DNA of 64,000 bases from Heptranchias perlo (lineage: Eukaryota). This document shows positions 25,005-36,700 of this stretch, piece after piece. Every line of letters starts with the position of its first letter. Position 1 is the stretch's first letter. Below the pieces are notes generated by a model. The model searched no databases. It was not told where the DNA came from and saw only the letters and a list, made by a program, of their open reading frames with translations. The stretch covers positions 65,472,001 through 65,536,000 of the forward strand of contig NC_090331.1 in assembly GCF_035084215.1 (NCBI RefSeq), written 5' to 3'. A program made the translations under genes and the position numbers.

Positions 25005-25460
25005 ATTTTCACTTCCAGCGATGGTTTTTTTTATTGTCATTCTTTGGGATGTGGGCATCACTGGCAAGGCTGGCATTTATTGCGTATCCCTAGTTTGCAC
25101 TTTGAGAAGGTGTTATTGGGCCTTTTTCTTTAACCAATGCTTGTCGATGTGGTGAAGATGCTCCCTCAATGTTGTTAGGTAGGGAGTTCCATGATTTTGA
25201 CCCAGCGACAATGAAGGAATGGTGATATATGTCCGTCAGAATGGTGTATGATCTGGAGGTGATGGTGTTATAGGTGGTGGAGATTGCAGATTTGGGAGGT
25301 ACTGCCGAAGAAGCCTTGGTGAGTTGCTGCAGTGCATCCTGTAGATGGTACGCACTGCAGCCATGGTACGCCGATGGTGGAGAGAGTGGATGTTTAAGCT
25401 AGAGCATGGGGTGCTAATCAAGCAGACTGCTTTGTCCTGCATGATGTTGAGCTTGAGTGT
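25005..25460 (-). mobile_element. 3' fragment of the Zenon/jockey-like LINE family of 59985-61956
   Basis: IQDKAVCLISTP..LNIHSLHHRR-like translation (ORF 25236..25514) and the reverse complement of the GGGATGGGCAATAAATGC-type tail. Confidence 0.8.
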
Positions 25461-25654
25461 TTTTAAACTGAATAAAAATACAATACATTGAATACAAATA
25501 TTTATTTCAAACATGAAGTATTGACTAAAATTGTCTTTCCCAATGCAAGATAGCTATGGGGAAGCTGATGTCCCACCCTAGGGAATTGTAAGGTTCCACT
25601 TCATAGCATTCAAAGTAAATTCACATGTAAAATAGGGATGTCAGAGAGATAAAA

Positions 25655-26012
25655 AGAGAAAGTATTGACACTGGAAATCTGAAATTAAAGCAGAAAATGC
25701 TGGAAATATACAAGGGGTCAGTTAGCATCTGAAAGAAAGATAGATGAACATTTTGGGTGAGACCCTACATCAGAACTAAACCAGTCCGGAAAAATACCCT
25801 TTATAGGGTTCAACAAAGCACAAAGGAAGGGGAGAACAACAGGTAGAGAGAGGTTGTGCCAGTTCTGAGGGAGAACTTATTTTTTGTCTTTCAGATGGGT
25901 TATTAGGGATGGGCAATAAATGCCAGCCTCGCCAGCGACGCCCACATCCCATGAACAAATTAAAACAAAAGATGCTGACTCTGGTTTCGTAATTCCAGTA
26001 TTTGCTATTTAC
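25655..26012. mobile_element. Penelope-derived inverted remnant with a short LINE/SINE tail inserted at about 25900-25965
   Basis: CTGGAAATCTGAAATTAAAGCAGAAAATGCTGGAAATA...GACCCTACATCAGAACT, with a decayed inverted counterpart from 25861 (AGTTCTGA...CTTTCAGATG). The family assignment is from memory. Confidence 0.45.
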
Positions 26013-26232
26013 ATGCTGAATAATAAGTGTGCAGACCAGGATCGACTATAAATGCATACTACAGTATTTGAAAGATGGCTAATGAAGTAACTGGAGATAA
26101 TTACAGAAATGAATAGAAAATAATTATTTTGTAGCTTAGAACAGATCATACTAAAGGAATAAAAATGAAGCAGACGTTTCATGAATTAGAGGCATATGGC
26201 ATATTGTGACATCCTGATGCCATAAAAAACAT

Positions 26233-27625
26233 GAGCCTAGATTTTCTGATCTGATCACCTGCTTGAACTTTAGTACGCTGGCCCCATTTGTAATTGGGGG
26301 GGTCAGCCTTGTTAACATAATGCAGGCAGGATGGGAAATTAAGTGCTGAGGCAGGACTTGAAGGCCTGCATGAGGTTAAAGGACAGCCATCATAGTTTAT
26401 GGCTTTTCAAGGCAGCAAATTACTTTGGTGGTTCACAATATTTGGAAGGATGCCAACAGCACAGAAAGCATTTTGTTTTTCAGATGAAACTGTATAGATT
26501 CTGCTGCAGAGGTGGGGGGAGGGTACTCAGTTCAAGACATAGTGCAGCAGAAGCGCTAGGCGAACTGTACAGAGAGAATGGCAGGAGGTAGTAAGTGCCA
26601 GAAGCATCAGACTGTAGGAAAAACCAAAAGAAGTTTAATGACCTTACCAGATCAGCATAGGTAGGAGAACTCACTGTTACTTTCCATTAGATCAGTGCGC
26701 TAAACATTCATGCCATTTACACATTTACCTCCACCTCACACGGGAAGTTTCGAGGCCTCCCACCCAGCAAAATGGGGCGGTAGTGCCCCGAAAATGTTGG
26801 GGTGTAACTTACTGCCCCATTCCCACTGACTGTGTGCCGGCATTGTATTCGCAAGGACCAAATGATGGGCGGCCAGAGCCCCCGCCTGAGTCAGGTGGTA
26901 GGCCCTTTTATGTAAATTGGGGTCCTATGACATATACAGGACCCTAAGTGCCATTTTAGGATTTAACTGGGCGGAGTGTGCACCATGCAGATTGCACTGC
27001 AGATCGATTAATTGATTAAAGTGGCTGATGTCACCTTGAAATGATCCCAAGGCATAGAAGATCTTCACAGCCACTGGCAGCACCATGTAAATGAGTTTAA
27101 CTGCTGTTCACACTTCCTCCAAAAAGCACAAGAACAGGGCATCCCCATGGGGAAATCCATTGTGCTGCTATTAATGAAGGTTGAGACAAAAATGACAGTG
27201 GCCTAACAGTTGCTATAAAGGCACACAACAGCTATCTGAAAAGAAGACAAAACACAAAAAAAACAAGTGGGGTGTAAATTCTCCTGGCAGCCTTCATGTG
27301 GGGCTCTATAAAAGCACTTCTGATTATAAATACTCAGCCCCCAGCAACCCTGGACAACCATTTTATGTGGGTGAGTGAATGAATCAGCGATAATCCAGCT
27401 GGAAAGCCAGGAAATTGCTGAAGAACATTAATATGTCATTCAGGGCTCATTTACAGATTAAACCTGTCAAACTGGCAGGTATCAGAAAGAAATGCTGACA
27501 GAAAATTGCTTGGTGCATTAGAACGGTGGAGAACTGGTGTGCCGGTTCTCCACCCCAACTTCAAGTCAGTGTTGCCCAGTTTAAGATAACTTTTAATGGC
27601 AAAACCAAATGGAAAATTGAGGGTT
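26233..27625. mobile_element. Decayed Harbinger: SANT exon (+), nested MITE-like segment, HARBI1-like transposase fragment (-)
   Basis: On + about 26449-26660: FSDETV*ILL...EWQEV...KKFNDLTRSA. On - about 27020-27100: LPVAVKIFYALGSFQGDIS, matching LPVAVKVTAALNFFASGSFQ at 52670. Boundaries are approximate. Confidence 0.65.
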
Positions 27626-28119
27626 TCACATCTTGTCAAAGCAGCAACAGAAATAATTGGCTCTGTTGTTGTTGAGATGGAAGTGACTGCAGGAATACTT
27701 TTCATTGGTTAAAGTCTCCTGCTTGTTGGTTGTGGCATAGCTGCTAAGCACGCACTTTTTTTTGCAAATAAAAACACATCGTGATTACTAAGTAGATATC
27801 CTTCCCTTGGTGTTGACCCACTTACTAAATCAATTTGTGTCTGGCTGCTGAGAAAAAATATCACAGTTTTAGTTATTGTACGCTACAGAGGGCAGGCTCT
27901 CTTATAGCATACCAAAAATCATCATCAGATCAGCATATCTAATCAGTGATTGGTAATGATATTAATCAGGGACTGTCAATGACTGAGAAGAACTTGCTGA
28001 CTGAACTAATTTAATGTCCGTTAGGTGTCATATGGAGGGACTGTTTCTGGATCAAGTTTACCTTTGCTCTTTGCTTGTGTCTGATGGGCCTGTTCTGCCC
28101 AGAAATAGAATCTTTAAGC

Positions 28120-28453
28120 AACACATTTCTGCCTATAACCCTCCGAGATCTCTGTGCTCCTCCAATCCTGACCTCTTGCGCATCCCCGATTTTCATTGCT
28201 CCGCCATTGGCAGCCATGCCTTCAGTTGTCTAGGCCTTAACTCTGGAATTCCCTCCCTAAATCTCTCCACCTCTCTACCTCTCTCCCCTCCTTTAAGTTG
28301 CTCCTTAAAATCTACCTCTTTGACAAAGCTTTTAGTCACCTGTTCTAATATCTCTTTATGTGGCACGATGTCAAATTTCGTCTGATAATGCTCCTGTGAA
28401 GCGACTTGGGACATTTTTACTACGTTAAAGGCGCGATATAAATGCAAGTTGTT
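28120..28453 (+). mobile_element. L2 LINE 3' end
   Basis: YNPPRSLCSSN.DLL...GSHAFS (ORF2 C-terminus) and the tail GTGAAGCGACTTGGGACATTTT...AAAGGCGCGATATAAATGCAAGTTGTT. Confidence 0.8.
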
Positions 28454-29469
28454 ATATTTCTACAGTGATCATGGTTACAGTAAGTGTGTGGTGACAGAAT
28501 CCCATTGCCGTGTGTTATTCAACAGGCCATACACTTACTTCAGCTGACAGTGGCTGACGATTGATACTGGGTGTGTGACAAAGTTGACAAAATTATTCTG
28601 TTACTAATCTAAGGACATGGCTTTGTTACCCATTAAATAAAACACATTACATACTCCTTTAGTTTGAGTAAATAAAAAAATCAGTTGTCATAATTCATTG
28701 ATTTTCATACGGTTGGTTTTAAAGCATAAAACATCTTTAATATCTATACTAAATGGATCAATAACAGACAACTAAAGTCAACTTTTGCATCCTGCAGGAT
28801 TTGATATTCGACATCGTGATTGATCCACTCACACAGCACTTGTATTCTAAAGAGGAATAGAAATAAATGGCACTATTTTACAACTGTTATTCAGTGTTTA
28901 CGGAATGACAAGTATTCTTCGATAGGTTTTTAAAAACAATGTAATGTAGATTTTACTGATTTTCTAATGAAAATACAATGAAAATACAAATCTCTCAAAA
29001 GCATAAAGTGCTGATTCTCCCACTCGCACTCCTATTCATCAAGGCTCTTTGCTGGGTGCCCAGGAGTGCTCAATTTACCCTGTAGATTATTACTCCCGAA
29101 AATCAGCTACATTCTAGCAACATTAAAATATGTAATCTGTAGTCAAATTTTGATTCACATGGAAAACATTGAGTACCAAATACTGGGTGCATTGAATGTC
29201 ATTAAAATACAGAGATTATTAACTACCAAATAGAGGGAGCATTGACTGCCAAATACAGAGAGAATCGACTACCAAATATAGAGAGTCAATATAGGAAGCA
29301 TTGACTGTTAGTCAAATGTAGGGAGCATCAACTGTTAGTCAAATATAGGGAGAAACAACACCAAATATAGGGAGAAGCAATGACCAAATGTAGGGAGCAT
29401 CAATTGTTAGTCAAAAATAGGGAGCACTAACTACCAAACAGAGGGAGTATCGACTGTTAGTCAAATATA

Positions 29470-32400
29470 GGGAGAAACAACTGTTAATCAAATACAGGGA
29501 GCATCAACTGTTAGCCAAATACAGGGATCATCAACTGTTAGCCAAATACAGGGAGCATCAAATGTTAGCCAAATACAGGGAACATCAACTGTTAGCCAAA
29601 TACAGGGAGCATCAACTGTTAGCCAAATACAGGGAACATCAACTGTTAGCCAAATACAGGGAGCATCAACTGTTAATCAAATATAGGGAGCATCGACTGT
29701 TCGTGAAATACAGGGAGCATCAACTTTTAGTGAAATACAGGGAGCATCAACTGTTAGCCAAATACAGGGAGCATCAACTGTTAGTGAAATACAGGGAGCA
29801 TCAACTGTCAGTCAAATATAGGGAGCATCAACTGTTAGCCAATTACAGGGAGCATCGACTGTTAGTCAAATACAGGGAGCATCAACTGTTAATCAAATAT
29901 AGGGAGCATCAACTGTTAGCCAATTACAGGAAGCATTGACTGTTAGACAAATACAGGGAGCATCAACTGTTAATCAAATATAGGGAGCATCAACTGTTAG
30001 CCAATTACAGGGAGCATTGACTGTTAGACAAATACAGGGAGCATCAACTGTTAATTAAATATAGGGAGCATCAACTGTTAGCCAATTACAGGGAGCATTG
30101 ACTGTTAGCCAATTACAGGGAGCATCAACTGTTAATCAAATATAGGGAGCATCAACTGTTAGCCAATTACAGGGAGCATCAACTGTTAGCCAAATACAGG
30201 GAACATCAACTGTTAATCAAATATAGGGAGCATCAACTGTTAGCCAATTACAGGGAGCATTGACTGTTAGCCAAATACAGGGAACATCAACTGTTAGCCA
30301 AATACAGGGAGCATCAACTGTTAGCCAAATACAGGGAGCATCAACTGTTAATCAAATAAAGGGAGCATCAACTGTTAGCCAAATACAGGGAGCATCAACT
30401 GTTAGCCAAATACAGGGAGCATCAACTGTTAATCAAATACAGGGAGCATCAACTGTTAATCAAATACAGGGAGCATCAACTGTTAGCCAAATACAGGGAG
30501 CATCGACTGTTAGCCAAATACAGGGAGCATCAACTGTTAGTGAAATACAGGGAGCATCAACTGTTAGCCAAATACAGGGAGCATCAACTGTTAATCAAAT
30601 ACAGGGAGCATCAACTGTTAATCAAATACAGGGAGCATCAACTGTTAGACAAATACAGGGAGCATCGACTGTTAGCCAAATACAGGGAGCATCAACTGTT
30701 AGCCAAATACAGGGAGCATCAACTGTTAGTGAAATACAGGGAGCATCAACTGTTAGCCAAATACAGGGAGCATCAACTGTTAATCAAATACAGGGAGCAT
30801 CAACTGTTAATCAAATACAGGGAGCATCAACTGTTAGACAAATACAGGGAGCATCAACTGTTAGACAAATACAGGGAGCATCAACTGTTAGCCAAATACA
30901 GGGAGCATCAACTGTTAATCAAATACAGGGAGCATCAACTGTTAATCAAATACAGGGAGCATCAACTGTTAGACAAATACAGGGAGCATCGACTGTTAGC
31001 CAAATACAGGGAGCATCAACTGTTAGTGAAATACAGGGAGCATCAATTGTTAGTGAAATATAGGGAGCATCAACTGTTAGCCAAATACAGGGAGCATCAA
31101 CTGTTAGTGAAATATAGGGAGCATCAACTGTTAGTGAAATATAGGGAGCATCAACTGTTAGCCAAATACAGGGAGCATCGACTGTTAGCCAAATACAGGG
31201 AGCATCAACTGTTAGCCAAATACAGGGAGCATCAACTGTTAGTCAAATACAGGGAGCATCAACTGTTAGCCAAATACAGGGAGCATCAACTGTTAGTGAA
31301 ATACAGGGAGCATCAACTGTTAGCCAAATACAGGGAGCATCAACTGTTAGCCAAATACAGGGAGCATCAACTGTTAATCAAATACAGGGAGCATCAACTG
31401 TTAATCAAATACAGGGAGCATCAACTGTTAGCCAATTACAGGGAGCATTGACTGTTAGCCAAATACAGGGAACATCAACTGTTAGCCAAATACAGGGAGC
31501 ATCAACTGTTAGCCAAATACAGGGAGCATCAACTGTTAGTCAAATACAGGGAGCATCAACTGTTAGCCAAATACAGGGAGCATCAACTGTTAGTGAAATA
31601 CAGGGAGCATCAACTGTTAGTGAAATATAGGGAGCATCAACTGTTAGCCAAATACAGGGAGCATCAACTGTTAATCAAATATAGGGAGCATCAACTGTTA
31701 GCCAAATACAGGGAGCATCGACTGTTAGCCAAATACAGGGAGCATCAACTGTTAGTGAAATACAGGGAGCATCAACTGTTAGCCAAATACAGGGAGCATC
31801 AACTGTTAATCAAATACAGGGAGCATCAACTGTTAATCAAATACAGGGAGCATCAACTGTTAGCCAATTACAGGGAGCATCGACTGTTAATCAAATACAG
31901 GGAGCATCAACTGTTAATCAAATACAGGGAGCATCAACTGTTAATCAAATACAGGGAGCATCAACTGTTAGCCAAATACAGGGAGCATCAACTGTTAGCC
32001 AAATACAGGGAGCATCAACTGTTAATCAAATATAGGGAGCATCAACTGTTAATCAAATACAGGGAGCATCAACTGTTAATCAAATACAGGGAGCATCAAC
32101 TGTTAATCAAATACAGGGAACATCAACTGTTAGCCAAATACAGGGAGCATCAACTGTTAGCCAAATACAGGGAGCATCAACTGTTAGCCAAATACAGGGA
32201 GCATCAACTGTTAGCCAAATACAGGGAGCATCAACTGTTAATCAAATACAGGGAGCATCAACTGTTAGCCAAATACAGGGAGCATCAACTGTTAGCCAAA
32301 TACAGGGAGCATCAACTGTTAATCAAATACAGGGAGCATCAACTGTTAGCCAAATACAGGGAGCATCGACTGTTAGCCAAATACAGGGAGCATCAACTGT

Positions 32401-32610
32401 TCGTGAAATACAGGGAGCATCAACTGTTAGCCAAATACAGGGAGCATCAACTGTTAGCCAAATACAGGGAGCATCAACTGTTAATCAAATACAGGGAGCA
32501 TCAACTGTTAATCAAATACAGGGAGCATCAACTGTTAGTGAAATACAGGGAGCATCAACTGTTAGTGAAATACAGGGAGCATCAACTGTTAGTCAAAAAC
32601 AGGGAGCATT
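29470..32610 (+). repeat. Homogeneous 27-bp sub-array CAAATACAGGGAGCATCAACTGTTAGC (about 115 copies)
   Basis: Near-identical units that vary mainly in TAGC/TAAT/TAGT/TAGA. They give rise to the (QIQGASTVS)n and (KYREHQLLA)n ORFs. Confidence 0.97.
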
Positions 32611-32854
32611 GAATGCCAAATACAGGGACCATCGACTACTAAATGTAGGGAGCATTGAATACTAAACACATTGTACATTGGCTGCTAAATGGATGAATAA
32701 ACAAATCAAAAGTGAAATGAAGAAAAACATTAACTCTACAAATCCTATAGGTAAAAGGAATAGGAGTTCACTGAGTTGAATATCGAAATATCCAGAAACA
32801 TGTTAAGAGAGTGATCACAGGAGCAAAGAAAAGCCGAGATAAAACATAACTCTA

Positions 32855-33322
32855 CGATCCTGGAGTAGTAAATAGCAGAGGAGAGCAAGGCCCAATATTG
32901 CTTGATGTGATCCAGTCAGATCTGACGATGGATGACTAGACCAGTTGTGTGCCAGAAACATTCAAGTCTGCATCCTTTGGACTTGAGGGAGCAGAGATGG
33001 GGGCCGTACCAGGGAGAACGATAGGGAGGGAGAGAGCAACAGTTTTACTCCAGGCAAGAGCATCAAAGGAAGAGGTAAGAGAGAGACTGAGCAGATCAAC
33101 ATGAGGAAGAGTATCAAAGCAAATGGAGGACCAAAGTCTAGACAGTTGGGAGTTTGAAAATGCAGTTGTAAGTGAGCTGGGAGAGAGTTTTAAGCATTGG
33201 TTGACACAGAAGGAAGTGGGGTTGGAAGGGGGTAGGGGTTGTGAGTGGCGAGCAATGAAGTGATCAAAGGTGGCCTTGTCTGATATCTGTACAATAATAA
33301 CCAAGTAAACATCGGTCATCAT
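32855..33322 (-). mobile_element. L2 LINE ORF2 fragment (endonuclease-RT linker)
   Basis: Translation LSLSLTSSFDALA..KT, then PWYGPHLCSLKSKGCRLE..W..TGL...W, typical of L2 ORF2. Confidence 0.65.
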
Positions 33323-33740
33323 GGGTTCAGAAGGCCAAGCTCCTGCCTAACCAACCTCCTTGACTTCTATGAGGAAGTGACACCCCAAGTGAACCACGGA
33401 AAGTCCTATGAAATGTTGTACCTAGACTTCCAAATAGTATTTTACAAAATTTTGTATGAAAGGTTATTAATTGACACCGAAGATGTGGGGATTCAGGGTA
33501 AATCTTGAGAATAGGTAAGACATTTGCTGAAGGGTAGAAAACAATAGGTTCTTGTTAATATTATGTCAGGCTGGGAGGAGGTACTAAATGGGAGGCCTGA
33601 AGGATTGATATTGTAATTATTACTACTTCTAATTTGCATGACTGACTTGGATTCAGAAACTCAATGCTAATTGGTTAAATTTGCAGATCACATCAAACTA
33701 GAAAGGACTGTAGATTCAGAAGAGGCAGCAGAAAAATAAC
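33320..33740 (+). mobile_element. Old CR1 RT fragment
   Basis: HGFRRPSSCLTNLLDFYEEVT...YLDFQ...VKFADHIKL. Confidence 0.75.
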
Positions 33741-36700
33741 AAGAGCAAAATACTGCGAATACTGAAAATCTGAATTAAAAACAGAACAAAGAGGGAGGAC
33801 GGGCCCTCAAATACAGGTGGTACTGACTGCCAGATACAGGTGGTACTGACTGCCAAATACAGGTGTTACTGACTGCCAAATATAGGGATTGCTGACCGCC
33901 AAATACTGGGAGTACTGACTGCTAAATACAGGAAGTAATGACTGTCAATTACATGGAGTACTGACTGCCAAATACAGGGAGTACTGATTGCCAAATACAA
34001 GGGTTACTGACTGTTAAGTACAGGGAGTAGAGGCTGTCAAATACAGGGAGTACTGACTGTCAAATACAAGGAGTATTATATGTCAAATACAAAGAGTACA
34101 GACTGCTAAATACAGGGAGCATTGACTGTCATAAACAGAAACCACTAACTCTCAAATGCAGGGATTATTAACTGTAAAACGACAGGGATTACTGACTCCC
34201 AAATACAGGGATTACTGACTTTGAAATAAAGGGAGTACTGACTGCCAAATACAAGGGTTGCTGACGGTCAAGTACAGCGATTACTGACTGCCAAATGCAG
34301 GGATTACTGACTATCAAATACAAGGAGTACTGACTATCAAATACAAGGAGTACTGACTGCCAAATATAGGGAATACTGACTGCCAAATGCAAGGATGACT
34401 GTCAAATATAGGGAGTACTAATTATTAAATACAGGAAGCATTGACTGTTAAATTCAGGGAGTACTGACACCCAAATAGTGTGATTACAGATTGTCAAATA
34501 CAGGGATTACTGATTGTTAAATACAGGGATTACTGACTGTCAAATGCAGGGAACACTGACTGCCTAATAGAGGGAGTACTGGTTGCTAAATACAGGGAAT
34601 AATGACTTTGAAATACAGGCATTAATGACTGCTCAATACAGTGAGTACTAACTGCCAAATATGGGGAATACTACTGCCAAATACAGGATGCATTGTCTGC
34701 CAAATACAAGGAGTACTAAATGTCAAATATAGGGAGTACTGACTATTAAATACAGGGAGCATTGACTCCAAAATGCAATGATTACTGATTGTTAAATACA
34801 AGGACTACTGACTGTCAAGTGCAAGGAGTACTGACTGCCAAATACAGGAATTACTGACTGCCAAAACACAGGGATTATGGACTGCCAAATGCAAGGATTA
34901 CTGACTGCCAAATACAATGGTTACAGACTGACAAATTCATGGATTATGGACTGTCAAAAATTGTAATTACTGTCTGCCAAATACATGGATTACTGACTGT
35001 CAAATACAGGAATTACTGACTGCTCAATACAGCGCTTACTGACTACCAAATACAGAGAGTACTGACTGTTAAACCCAGAGGGTACTAACTGTCATATACA
35101 GGGATTACTGACTGCTAAATATAGGGGGCACTGACTGTCAATTACAGAGGGCACTGACTGTCAATTACAGGTTGTACTGATATAGGCAGTATTATTGTTA
35201 AATATAGGGAGTACATACTGTCAAATACAGGAAATACTGAGTGGCAAATATAGTTAGTAGTGATTGCCAAATAAAGGGAGTACTGATTGCCAAATACAGG
35301 TTGGACTCACTGTCAAATACAGGGAGCATTGACTGTGAAATACAAAGAGCACTGACAGCCAAAGGCAATATTACTGACTGTGAAAATAGAGGGATCGCTG
35401 ATGACCCAATACAGGGATTACTGGCTGTCAAATGCAAGGATTATTGACTGGCAAATACAGGCCCATTATCTGCGATATACAGAGAGCACTGACTGTCAAA
35501 TGCAGGGATTACTTATTTAAATATAGGGAGTACCGACTGCCAAATATACGGAATACTGAATGCCAAATACTGTGATTACCGACTGTCAAATACATGGATT
35601 ACTGACTGCCAAATACAATGAATACTGACTGCCAAATGCGGGGAGTACTGACGTTAAATACAGTGAGCATTGACTGTTAAATACAGGGATTACTGCATAC
35701 CAAATAAAGGGAGTATTGACTGTGAAATACAGAGTGAACTGACAATTAAATGCAGTGATTACTGACTGTGAAAATACAGGGATTGCAGATGCCCAAATAA
35801 AGGGATTACTCACTGCCAAATACAACAATTACTGACTGCCAAGTACACAGATTATTGATTGTCAAATACAGAGAATCCTGACTGCCGCATTGAACGATTA
35901 CTTACTGCCAAATACAGCGATTACTGACTGCCAAATGGAGGGAATACTGACTGTCAAATACAGTGATCTCTGATGGCAAATACAGGGATTACTGACTGCA
36001 AAATGGAGCGATTACTGACTGCCAAATACAGGGATTACAGACTATCAAATACAGGGATTACTAATTGACAAATCCGGGGATTACTGACTATCAAATACAG
36101 GGAATACTGACTGTCAAGTACTGGGAGTACTGACTGCCAAATACAGGGATTACTGACTGCGAAATTTTTACGATTCCTAATTGCCAAGTACAGGGATTAC
36201 TGATTGTCAAATACAGAGAATTCTGACTGCCAAATAGAATGATTACTTACATGAATTACTGACTGTCAAATGCAGGGACTTTTAAATACAGGGAGTACTG
36301 AATGCCAAATACAAGGGATTGCTGACTGTCAAATACAGGGATTTCTGACTGCCAAAAACAGGAATTACTGACTTTTAATACAAGGAGTAGTTACTGCCAA
36401 ATGCAGGGAATACTGATTGTCTTATACAGGGTTTACTGACTGCCAACTACAATGAATACTGATTGCTAAGTACAGGGATTACTGATTGTCAAATACTGAG
36501 AACTCTGACTGCCAAATAGAACCATTACTTACTGCCAAATAGCGGGATTACTGACTGCCAAATAGAGTGATTACTGATTGCCAAATACAGGGATTACTGT
36601 CTGCAAAATACAAGGATTACTGACTGTCAAGTACAGGGAGCACTAACTGACAAGTACAGGGATTACAGTCAATTACAGCGAGGACTGACAAATTCAGGGA

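Noticed and set aside
29562-32612. Long ORFs (KYREHQLLA)n and (QIQGASTVS)n as real protein genes
   Set aside because: They follow arithmetically from a 27-bp unit. Two overlapping frames are open, both are interrupted by sporadic stops, and there is no unique N- or C-terminus.
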